Shown one piece after another: positions 15,301 through 27,900 of a DNA stretch of 64,000 bases; the stretch's first letter is position 1, and the number at the start of each line of letters is the position of its first letter. A program made the translations under genes and the position numbers. The DNA comes from Lingula anatina (Eukaryota; Animalia; Brachiopoda), in contig CM120640.1 in the NCBI GenBank assembly GCA_051362555.1, positions 8,990,001 to 9,054,000 of the forward strand. The letters run 5' to 3'. The notes beneath the pieces are model-generated. The model made no database searches, was not told where the DNA came from, and was given only the letters and a program-made list of their open reading frames with translations.

Positions 15301-18300
15301 TGCTGTTTTTTCACTTTTCAGCATATATGCAACACTGTTAACACATTTCAAAGAAAACTGATAAGCCTGTTGTCATGAAACTCACAGGAGTAATCAATCT
15401 TACTAAAACGCAGGTCAAGTTCGAAAATCGGCATGATCGGGCCACCATTTTAGTAGTTATGCTGTTTTTTCACTTTTCAGCATATATGCAACACTGTTAA
15501 CACATTTCAAAGAAAACTGATAGGCCTGTTGTCATGAAACTCACAGGAGTAATCAATCTTACTAAAACGCAGGTCAAGTTCGAAAATCAGCATAATCGGG
15601 CCATTATTTTATAAGTTATGCTGTTTTTTCACATTTCTTCTTGATTCAATTCTTAGGCATGTTAACAGTCTCATTATTTAATTAATAAGATACGTTAAAG
15701 TGTTTGCTTGACATTTCCTGCATCTTTACAACATTGTTAGTTGATTATGTAAAAATGATGGTAAACTTGTTATCATGTATTGTGTAATAAAGTGTCAAAA
15801 ATGGAAATAAACTCATATTATTGCAGTTTGTAAGATTCAATCATTCATTATGTTCAGAAACTCAGAATGGAGGAAATTGGACATTTGACACTGTTCTATT
15901 AATATTTTTCACATCTCATCAACTTTCTTAGTTGAACATATAAAAATGGCAGTAAACTGTTAATTTTGTTTTATGTTAAAAAAGTGTTAAAAATGGAAAT
16001 AAACGCATTTCATAACAGTACTGTCTTGTTTCACATTTCCTCAGATTCAATTCTTAGGCATGTTAACAGTCTCATCATTTAACTAATAAGATACGTAAAA
16101 GTCTTTGTTTAACATTTCCTGCATCTTTACAACATTGTTAGTTGATTATGTAAAAATGATGGTAAGCTTGTTATCATGTATTGTATAATAGAGTTTCAAA
16201 AATGGAAATAAACTCTTATCATTGCAGTTTGTCAGATTCATTCATTCATTCACTATGTTCAGAAACTCAGAATGGAGGAAATTGGACATTAAACACTGTT
16301 CTATTGATATTTTTCCCATCTCATCAATTTTCTTAGTTGATCATATAAAAATGGCAGTAAAGTGTTAATTTTGTTATATGTTAAAAAATTGTTAAAAATG
16401 GAAAAAAATGCATTTCAGGACAGTACTGTCTTGTCTACATTTTGGCATTTTCAAGTTGTGACTTTGAAGTTCCATGGGCCTGAAGACCTTTGCTAGTCAC
16501 ATTTTCTGAATATCCATGATACTAATATTTTATTATTAAAAATTGATGGTTATTATCCTGTTAAACATTATGTAATATTGCATCAAAATTTGAAGAAACC
16601 CCTATTTTGGACACTGCTCCCTTAATGACCATTTAAAGAAAACTATGTCACTTACTGTTCTCAAACTTACAGGAAAGAAACATGGGACTAAAATACAGTT
16701 TCATTAGGCAGTGCAGTCTATTTGGTAAATTTTTCTGGCAGTTAATCAGTTTTTTGTGAAAATTTAATTTTTCACATATTGGCAATTTCAAGGTGTGACT
16801 TAGAACCACCTTGGGCTTGAAGACCCATGCTAGTCACATTTTCTGAACATCCACGATACGTATATTTTATTATTAAAAACTGATGTTCTTTATGCTGTTA
16901 AGCATTATGAAATATTGCATCAAAATAGAAGAAAACACAATATTGGGTATTGCTGCCATGATGACCATCATGGGAAAACCATATTACTTATGATTGTCAA
17001 ACTTTTAAAAAAGAAACACAGGACTAAAATGCAGCTCGAGTTGGAAAAGCAGTCTAATTGACTTTTTTTTTTGGAAGTTTTACATTTTCAAAGTGTGAAC
17101 TTGAACTCCCATGGGCCTGAAGCCTTATGCTTGTTACACATTTTACTTACATTGGTATTACCTGTTGAGCATAATTAAAATTTGATGTTGAATTTTCAGT
17201 TTAACATAATGTACTTTTACATCAGAATTGACAGTAGCCTATTTTGTTATTTTTAAGTTGTGACTTTGAAGTTCCATGGGCCTGAAGACCTTTGCTAGTC
17301 ACATTTTCTGAATATCCATGATACTAATATTTTATTATTAAAAATTGATGGTCATTATGCTGTTAAACATTATGTAATATTGCATCAAAATTTGAAAAAA
17401 ACCTATTTTGGGCACTGCTCCCATGATGACCATTTAAGAAAAACCATGTCACTTACTGTTCTCAAACAGTACAGTAAATATATATAGATGTGTCTGTACA
17501 TATTGCCATCACCTGCATCTGTCGTCGCCGTCGCCAGCGCCGTGCACTTTCATTGTAAACAAGATAAATGGAAGGCAGTTTTACTTTTTGGCTTTATATT
17601 TACAGAGCTGATGAATATTCATAAAACGCAGGTCAAGTTCGAAAATCAGCATGATCAAACCATTATTTTAGAAGTTATGCTGTTTTTTCACATTTCCTCA
17701 GATTTAATTCTTAGGCATGTTAACAGTTTCATTATTTAATTAATAAGATACATAAAAGTGTTTGTTTGACATTTCCTGCATCTTTACAACATTGTTAGTT
17801 GATTTTGTAAAAATGATGGTAAACTTGTCATCGTGTATTGTGTAATAAAGTTTCAAAAATGGAAATAAACTCATATCATTGCAGTTTGTCAGATTCAATC
17901 ATTCACATAATGTACTTTTGCATCACAAATGACAGTAGCCTATTTTGTGCATAGTTATTTCCTGTTTTTTGTCTGTACATTTGACAGCTTTGCTGCCTTG
18001 TTCTGTCTTTCAGTTCCTTTCACATGAATTTTAAGATGTTATCATTGACATTGATGTTAACTATTTGTGTGAACAACATTTATTATTATTAATTAGCATT
18101 TTGTTTTTATTGTTATGATATTCCAATGTTTTGATGACAGTATTTTCCTTATGTGCATGAGTTCATTGTTGTTGCATATTAGGTTATATTTTTGTATTGT
18201 TGTTGTAATCATAATTTTATGATTTAACCTAGTTGTTTTGTTGTGATCTGATTTATTTTTGCTTTTTGTTGTTTTGACTGTTTTTATTTCCTCCCCTGTG

Positions 18301-21300
18301 AGCAGTTTCGCAGTCCCAGTCCCTACTCTACCAGTAGTCAGAGTTCATCAGAAGGGTTCAGAAAAAGGGTAAGGTTTGCCAGTGAAATAACGAAGACACG
18401 TTTATGTTTAAGGTACTTCTTAATTACTGATGGCATGTTATTTTTTGCTTTGGTTAGTACTGCCAATGATTCTGTTTCTGTGCAGATTTTAAAATATTTT
18501 ATTTTGAATTTATTAGTTTGATTTAGCCCCAAAACAGTATTTTTAAGATTAAGTTAGGTGATGTTACAATTCTGCATGTCATATTTATATGCTGGCATTT
18601 AAGATGGAAGATAAAAGATAATGCATATTGATTCAGTCTGAGTGTCATTGTCAAGTATTGTCAGCATAGTGAAGTGAACTCACAAATCAACTTTCCAGCT
18701 AAAGTACATGGGCTATTGATTCATATACAATATTCCCAATAGAATATACATTGTGATCATAGCACATCCATGTCTGTATATATATATTGGTTGATGTTCT
18801 GCGGAGAATGTCCACAGTAAGGATCAAATGTTTATATTCATTATAGTAAGTCCAAAGAAAAGATGAAAGGTTTATATCCATTTGTAATAAGTACATGATA
18901 TGGTAAGGATTAAAGGTTTCCCTTGGAAGATACATAGCCAATGTACTATGCTATATTCAGTGATTTGCATATTGGTATAGTGAAAATTTTCACAAAATAT
19001 GACGGCATTGGTATGGAGCATTTATTATTATTATTATTTCAGGGAGACTCCTTGGGCTCGAGTGGCAGATCCTTCGAGTTTGGGAAATTCTACAACACAA
19101 GTTACTTGAAGGATGGAGACCCAAATTACCTGAAAAGAGCTTCCTCTGGAAGGATAGTACCTGGAAAACCTTTGTCACCAAACTTTCACAGACCAGGTTT
19201 GTGACATGGTCCCGTTTCAACATCATTTTGGCTCCATACCAATGTACTATGGTTGGTTAAGTCACAGGGCATGGGTAGGATTGATTGCACTACTTCATGC
19301 AGAAATTTGGTTTGGTACCCGTTAAGTGCCATGTAATCTATCCCCCCCTTGGTGTGTGATATTTATTTCCATGAGTGTGAGACTTTCATGACATTGAAAC
19401 ATTGCCAGTTATGGCCAATTTTTCACTTCCAGTTAAAGGGATAATAACTCTTCGTTTCGGCCAAAAAATGAATTTTCCTGGAGTAAACAACAATTTTCCC
19501 ATACTTACCAATGGTTAATGAATCCATTTTTACATTCAAAGTTAGTCCCTGGTTTTTTTTCTAAAAAGTTTGGTTTTTTGTTAAAATCACTTAAGAGATT
19601 TTAACAGAGTATAGCCATCAATGGAGGTCACGTGGTCTAAAGACAAGCTCAGATATCAGAATAATAGCTATAATTGCCATTTTTGTGGTAAAACAGAATA
19701 TATTATATTTCTATGAGTTATTCACAATGTTTTTATTGTGAAATAAAGATCTCATACAAAGAGTTATTATCCCTTTAAGCTGTGAACATTAAGAAATGAG
19801 AGGTGTTCTATTTGATAAGGGTCGTTAATCCTGATGGATTGACTTAAAACAGGATAGATTAAGGGATTTTGTTTTGTCTGAAGTTTAATAAGTCAATCAA
19901 TTTCAACATTTTAAGTTTAGAAGAAAAGATTATACTTTATTTTATATACAGCCACTTGGTATGTTTTGTAGTAATAAGCCCTACGTTAATGTCAAACATT
20001 ATCATGTTGATTGCCGTTTAATTGCCCTTGGCCTTTTGTTTTGAAAATTTAATCCCTTTTCTTTTTCAGAAAACTTTTCATACTCAACAAAATCAGCCAC
20101 ACTGAGTAATTTGGTGAAACCAACCAAAAGAGGTATGATACAATGTGTTCATTTTTATCCTTGAAGATTGATTGATCTTTTATTGAAATTATTATGAAGA
20201 TTGAAATTTGTACACACGAGTACTTGTATTTAAACCTTTTTCGATATTAAAAATGTTCATATTGATATAGAAACAATTTTGTTAAATGCATTTTGTCAGC
20301 TTCATCAGTGTTGACGACTGAATATTTTTATCGTAAAATTTTTGATAATTATTTCTGGTGCATAGAGGGAATGACAGTGGTTCCTTTTTTAGTTCTTTTT
20401 TATCCATTTTATTGCTATTTTAAGTTGCTACATTATCATGCATTTTAGCAAGAAGTTATTCAGCAGGTTTGTCCTTTATTTTTCATTTTTTGCTGAATTA
20501 AGGAATGTTCCTTTTATAATAACCCACTTCCTGGGTGAAATACACAAACCTGGGGGACTATTGCAAGCTTAACTCCATTAACCGATATACTTTGATCCAT
20601 TATTTGAATAGAATTGGGGATATTTCTGTTTCTTTTTCTGTCTTTTTATTGCCTAGACATAATAGTGAACTCTCTCAAATACCCTTGCATTGCCCATGTA
20701 TTAAAGCTGCAGAACGCCAGCTCATTTTCACTTCAGCAGTGGCGCCAAGAGAACAGAGCAATGAGAGACACATTAAATTACTCTCTGCTCTTTAGTCTTC
20801 TTCATTTGTAGGGTGCCATTTACAAGTTTCATGAGCAGTTTAAACAGAGGCTGATATTTGAGTAATGTGGGAAGAAAAAAATCCAGAGAAAACTTTTATT
20901 TTGACAAATTTAGCAGAACAGATATTCTTATAAGTACCTGTTCTTAAGACATTCTTTTCCATTTGCAGAAATATAAGCAATGTGTATTGTTCTCCTGTTT
21001 TTTTTTCTCCTTCAATTTTTTTCCTCCTAAATCACAGTAACTGTTTATGTGGGTTATGAGAGATAGACCACTATTGATTGCACCCAGTTCATTGCCTGGT
21101 GATGGTTGCTATGCTTTTAACAGTATGCTTTTTATCTTTTTTATTTATTCCTGATTCTGTTGCCATGGTTATCCAACAGAGCCTGTAACATCAAGTAGGT
21201 TACCATCCAAAGAATGTTCAATTTAGCAGCTAACTTTTTTTTCATATATGGGACAGCATCAACATAAAAGAAAAATATGGGGGCAGGGGTTGTTTTCTTG

Positions 21301-24300
21301 ACCTGTATGCATGACAAAATACTTATGTTTTGGAAAGTATGTACTGAAATTCCTTCAGCTGCCTCAAAATACTAGACTTATACCACTATAACTTCTATTA
21401 AAAAATCTCTTGCATATTCCTGCCATCAACGTTAAGGTGCGTTTTTAGTCCAGGTATGACAGCTTTACCTAGTACCAAACTGCCACTTATAATGAGATAT
21501 AATTCTCTGTCCAATTTTCCAATAGGCTTAGCAGGTGACTTGATTCATATAAGGGGGGGGCATAGGGATGCAAGTCTACTTATGCAGTGTAGTACTAAGT
21601 TGAACCGTCCCAGCTGGACTGTGAATGCTCCCAATATTTTTTATCTTCTGAGAAAAATGAGATCTGACAAAGAGCATGCCTGACGAATGCCTTGTGATTG
21701 ATTTTTTGTGCAAATATCTATGCTGAAATGGATTGAGATGAAATTTTGATGGAATTTTTTTCTCTGTCCAATTTTGAAAAAAAATTGTTTGCTGCTAGAT
21801 GGATATATTCCCTCATAAGGTGATAGCTCTACATTTTTGTGGGAGATTTAGATTAGTACAGCAGAGATGAGTGCAGTTGTATTGAAAAGCCACTACTTTC
21901 TGACATTAATGTGAGAACCTTATACATTTGTGGAATAAGAAAATTAAATAGTCAAGAAAAGTATATCAATTTCCATGTAAGAGTAATTTATTTGACACAT
22001 GCCACATTTCTGGATGAATATCTATTTCATGACAGTCGGTTTAATGGGGCTTCTCAGACTACAACTGAACTTTAAATCTTGAACTAAAAAGACAGATTTT
22101 AGTAACATTATTGAACTCAAAATAATGATATTTTTAGATGAATAATCATGATACTTACATAAATTGTTTTTGTTCAAAAAGAATTTATATATTTACCTTT
22201 AATGTTTGTGTTAGCATTCTGTTTATCAAGTTCCTGGGAGCTTCATTGGTGGTTTTAGCACTGCATTGTTCAGCATCATTTGGCTACCAAAATGAGTTTT
22301 GCAAGATACCTTTGCTAACCATTATATTTATACATATATTGTTAGTATTGATATTGTTGTCAAAGTTAATAATCATTAATGTATTTATCTTATCTCTCCA
22401 AAACCAGGCGCAATGGGGGTTCTAGGTGAGTGGAAACATCTCTGTACAAGGAGATGGATATCTAGTAATACTCTGTTCTAGTAGTAGTAGAAGTAGTAGA
22501 AGTAGTGGTAGTAGTGGTAATAGTAGTCGTCATCATTGTCTCAAGATATTTAAAAGTAGGTAGAGGTTACAAGTAACTAATATGTTTAAGAACAACGATA
22601 TCTTATGCTGGCCAATAACTTGTTCCATTGTTTGTCCAGAAAATGTCCATGGCACAACAAATTGTTCAGTGTAGATTATTGGACATTTTTTACCATAAAA
22701 TTATAGAAATTCTGAATTTCTTTACTAGTATACAATTGCAGGTGACCTGAGTTGAATGTTGCATTTTAAGATTCAATTTAGTTGTATATTTAATCTATAA
22801 AGGAAGCTGAACTTTTTGGTTTTGGTATTTTTTTGAGTCACTCCCATTATTCAAGTGTTTCTAGTGGAGAGATAAAATAGGGCCAGGAAATTATTGAAAA
22901 ATGGTACTTCAGATTAAGCTGTTTGGGCGGAAACATCATTTAAACGAATTGTACAGGAGATATTTTTGCCAAATGACTGCCGCGCAGAGGACTGGCTATT
23001 GATTTTAAAAAGTTAAACCCTGGAAATCAATAGCCTGTTTGTTAAACCCAAACAACCATACATGCTAGTTATCTTTATGAAAAAGCTGTTAATGATCTCT
23101 CAAGTATAATTTTTCATTTTGCAAAAGGTTTTTAGAAATGTTCAATAATCTTACATATGATAAAATATTGCATAAACTGTAGTGGGGGGCAGTAGCCTTT
23201 GATCAGTAGGTTTTCAGATTGAAGCCATTTTGTATTTTTTTTTTTTTTGTTTATTTATTTATTTTTTTTACTAAAGTTAGAATAGTTTGTATCTATAGAA
23301 TCTAGTTTGTATCTATTTAACATGCATTGTAGAAGAAAGTAGATTTAAATTGTTTATGTCTAATCCAGAAGCTAGTTGTGTATCTGTTTGATTTGCATTA
23401 GAGAAGTAAAAGTAGATATACATTGATTATGTGTTATCCAGAAATCAGATCACTGCAGTATTAAAACAAAGCAACTCTTCCTTTTATATCTCTCAGATTT
23501 TATCAGATTTCTTAATGTATGATTTTATTAGACTTTCTTATTCTTTTATGCAGTCAATTCTATTCAACGGCGCCAGATCAGAAGCAAATCCCCAGTAGCA
23601 CTCAATAATGAAGAACCTATAAAGCTCAGCCATTTTCCTGGCGGACATAGACCTGCCCCCAAAGAGCCTGCGCCAATCGAGAGAGATGACTGGCCGGGAC
23701 CTCCCTGTGCAGCCGCTGTCTTTCCTGAAATGAGTAGGTTTATTTTACTTTATAACAGGCTCACGCTAGCAAATAGAAAAAGTTAATAAAAAACCTTTTG
23801 GCAGTGGCTTAAAGTATTTAATTTGGCTGAGAAAATGAAAGTTGGAAAATTATTTTATTGAATGCTAGCCCATTGATATGGCCTCAAATTAAATTTTGAA
23901 CAAAAAATTAGTCTCATGGTTTTAATAATGCTAGAGTGAGCCAAGTTGTTTTGTTTATGTTATAAGTATAAATTGACGGATGCATTGCACATTTGAGTTT
24001 TACATCAGTCTACAATAGCTTCAGCTTTGTTGAATATGTAGAATAAGATTGAATTGGCATAAGCATTTTTGCTATGGGTTCCTGTACCTGCAGCTTGTGT
24101 GTGGTAAGTATGTTCAGTTTATTTCCCCTCATATTCTATTTTATGTTATTTCTGTTCAGTTATTATCTGACCTTTGCACACTTTTTATCTTTCCGAAAAA
24201 CATGTAGTGCGTTTCCTGCTACATGTGCAGAGCACATGGTTTGAGTTAGTGACATTGGCTAGCTCGGCTTGGTTTCCTTTCCTTAGCAACTATACTTTCT

Positions 24301-24836
24301 TCCCTTATTTTTCTCTTCTGAATGTTTTCATTTTCAGGCCTGTTTTCACTTATCATTTCTTATGAGTTATGTTCTTTTTCTTCTTTTATTTTTGTTCATT
24401 GTTCATCATCTTATGTCCATCATTTTATGTTTCAAAGTGCACAATGCTTCATCTTGATATAATGTCTGTGCCACATTTTAAGCTGCATTTTGTTCCCCAG
24501 TTGCTCCTGAGTGCTACTGTATCTATAATTATGCCTGGTCTCTTGTAAATTATGGTCTTGCTTTTGAATTCAGTGCCGTTTCCTGACCTTTCATTTTCCA
24601 TTTTTTCTGTTGCAGCACTCGATCACAGTTGCATGCTTTGTGACTGAGATGGTGTGTATGTAATTCCTGCCTTATGTTTGCCTTCACCTGACTAGGGACA
24701 GTACTGTTGGGAATTAATTTAGTTTATTGCCCTCTCCATTGGTATTGATATTCCTTTGGGTAAAGTTATAGAAACAGACTTTAACCAAAATGATATTTAC
24801 TGTGGTTGTTGGAGATGAAATGTCTTACGATATTTT

Positions 24837-24902
<66 letters not shown>

Positions 24903-27900
24903 CAGTTTTCTCTCTGTTAGCTTGTTTGTTGGAAGAGTGCACGTAGAGGGCTGTGCAGACTTCAATAATTCAGAAATTCAAAAAACTCTAAGCAGTACTG
25001 GCTCTTTTCATTTCTTTCACTACTTTGATCTATTGGTTTATTTTCTTTCTCTATCTATCTGCTAACCTTTGCAATCAGAGAAGCTCAGACAAAAGTCCAA
25101 ACAAAATGTGCCTCCTTCGGAAGAATCCGAACAATTGGATGAAGAGGACCCTGTTAAGTTAGCCGCATTCCCATCTGCCAAAGTGCCTGAGCCAAATCGT
25201 CCGCGGAAGATCGAGCGAGATGATTGGCCAGGGCCTCCGTCCTTGGCAGTTATTCTTCCAGAATTACGTGAGTACAGTCGGTATAGTACATAGCAGGTTA
25301 TCCCAGGACTCGCCCTCCACCTTCTCCATGTAGATATGTGTGGCAGGCCAACCATAAAATACTCAGTTAATGAGAGGTGTAAGTACATAGCAGGTTATCC
25401 CAGGACTCGCCCTCCACCTTCTCCATGTAGATATGTGTGGCAGGCCAACCATAAAATACTCAGTTAATGAGAGGTGTAAGTATGAATTTAGACATATGAG
25501 GCAGGCTGATATTGTATTGGCACATTCCTGTCTCAACATAGGGCTTATTTTTTTCTTTCTTAAACACTGTAAATGTCTGGTGAAAAAATCTAACAGATTT
25601 GCTTATTATTGTACCACCAGCGTTAGCGCTGGCGGTACACATGGTTTCGGTCTCGTCCGGATCGTTCCGCCGGCTCCGCCGGCTCCGCCGGCTCCGCCGG
25701 ACGGCTACCGTTACCGCTTCTCCTCCTAGACGGTAAGGCCCCCCATACCCATCTCATGGATTTAGGTCACCTATAATCTCAACTCGTTCCACGTAAAATT
25801 TGGGCTTTGTCGGTATTGGGGTCTGGGTGTGGCACTCATTGCAATGCACCCTTGTCCAAAAATGGCAAAATTAAATGCTAATTATCTACCCTACGGAAGG
25901 AGTTACGGGAAAATTTTCTACAGACGGCTTTCCAAAAGTCATATGTGTAGATTTCAAATATACCCTCGGATTTGACCTTTGACCTTTACTTCAAGGTCAA
26001 ATGGGCCAAAATTTTCAAAAAAATGAAATTTTTTACGAAAAAAAAATTTTTTGCCCTGTTATTCAGACACCACACAGACTTAACCAATAATATTATTGGA
26101 AAGTGTTACCCTTCAGGTCATCTTTCATCTCCGTGAATTTGGGGTCAATCGGTGCATTTTCACAGGAGTAGCGGCCATAAGATACCGAAACTGAAAACTG
26201 TCTCTAATTCGGGAACCGTTAATGCTAGAGACCCATTCTTTTTTGCATTTTGTAGAGCATGTAAAGCCCAACACTGGAGGTGGTCTCGGTTTTTTTGTAT
26301 TCCATACGGTTTTCGAGTTACGCTGTATCAAAAAGTACATATTGGTGGTGAAAGGAAAATGTACGGAAGCCCACTGGTGCCATATGTAGAAAAAAAAATT
26401 ATCTCGAAATTTCGAGATACTATTTTGAAATTTGAACAAAAAAATTTACCACCAGCGTTAGCGCTGGCGGTACACATGGTTTCGGTCCCATCCGTTCCGT
26501 TCCGCCGGCTCCGCCGCCATGTTACCGTTACCGCTTCTCCTCCTAGACGGTAAGGGCCCCCGTACCCATCTCATGGATTTAGGTCACCTATAATCTCAAC
26601 TCGTTCCACGTAAAATTTGGGCTTTGTCGGTATTGGGGTCTGGGTGTGGCACTCATTGCAATGCACCCTTGTCTAAAAATGGCAAAATTAAATGCTAATT
26701 ATCTACCCTACAGAAGGAGTTACGGGAAAAATTTCTACAGACGGCTTTCCAAAAGTCATATGTGTAGATTTCAAATATACCCTCGGATTTGACCTTTGAC
26801 CTTTACTTCAAGGTCAAATGGGTCAAAATTTTCAAAAAAATGAAATTTTTTACAAAAAAAAATTTTTTTGCCCTGTTATTCAGACGCCACACAGACTTAA
26901 CCAATAATATTATTGGAAAGTGTTACCCTTCAGGTCATCTTTCATCTCCGTGAATTTGGGGTCAATCGGTGCATTTTCACAGGAGTAGCGGCCATAAGAT
27001 ACCGAAACTGAAAACTGTCTCTAATTCGGGAACCGTTAATGCTAGAGACCCATTCTTTTTTGCATTTTGTAGAGCATGTAAAGCCCAACACTGGAGGTGG
27101 TCTCGGTTTTTTTGTATTCCATACGGTTTTCGAGTTACGCTGTATCAGAAAGTACATATTGGTGGTGAAAGGAAAATGTACGGAAGCCGACTGGTGCCAT
27201 ATGTAGAAAAAAAAATTATCTCGAAATTTCGAGATACTATTTTGAAATTTGAACAAAAAAAATTTTTATCTCGAAATTTCGAGATAGCATTTTGAAATTT
27301 GAACAAAAAAAAAATTATCTCGAAATTTCGAGATAGCATTTTGATATTTGAGCAAAAAAATTTATCTCGAAATTTCGAGATAGTATTTTGAAATTTGAAC
27401 AAAAAAAATGCTATCTCGAAATTTCGAGATAATTTTTTTTTTCAACATATGGCACCAGTCGGCTTCCGTAAAAATGTGCAGTACGGTAATGGATAATAAA
27501 TTTTGAACTCCGGAAAAATAAAACATAATGCTTGGCAAAGCAGACAACTTGTGGTCAAAAATGACATTATTTTATCAAATTTAAACTTCTGCAACTTCAG
27601 AGAACCTCCCATTTCAAGAACTTTGACCAAAATCACCTTTTCTTTATTTTAATTAATTTTTTCTGTAGGAAATTTATGGCACATTATGGTAACTCCAAAA
27701 TTATAACATTTAGTCCCTTATATCTCCAAAACTGGCAGAGATAGGTCCATAGTTACTATTGAAGTTGAATAGGAAGTCATATACTGGCAATCTTACTGTG
27801 ACCTTGACATTGACCTTTGACCTACTTTTCACCATGAACTGAACTTTGCAAATTTTGCTTCCCTTTTATCTCCAAAACTGGCAGAGATAGGTCCATAGTT

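Noticed and set aside
26125-27636. Duplicated 100-130 aa ORFs (also at 55154-55544)
   Set aside because: They lie within HINE-A/MITE repeats, have no transposase or Rep/helicase motifs, and recur only because the DNA is repeated.
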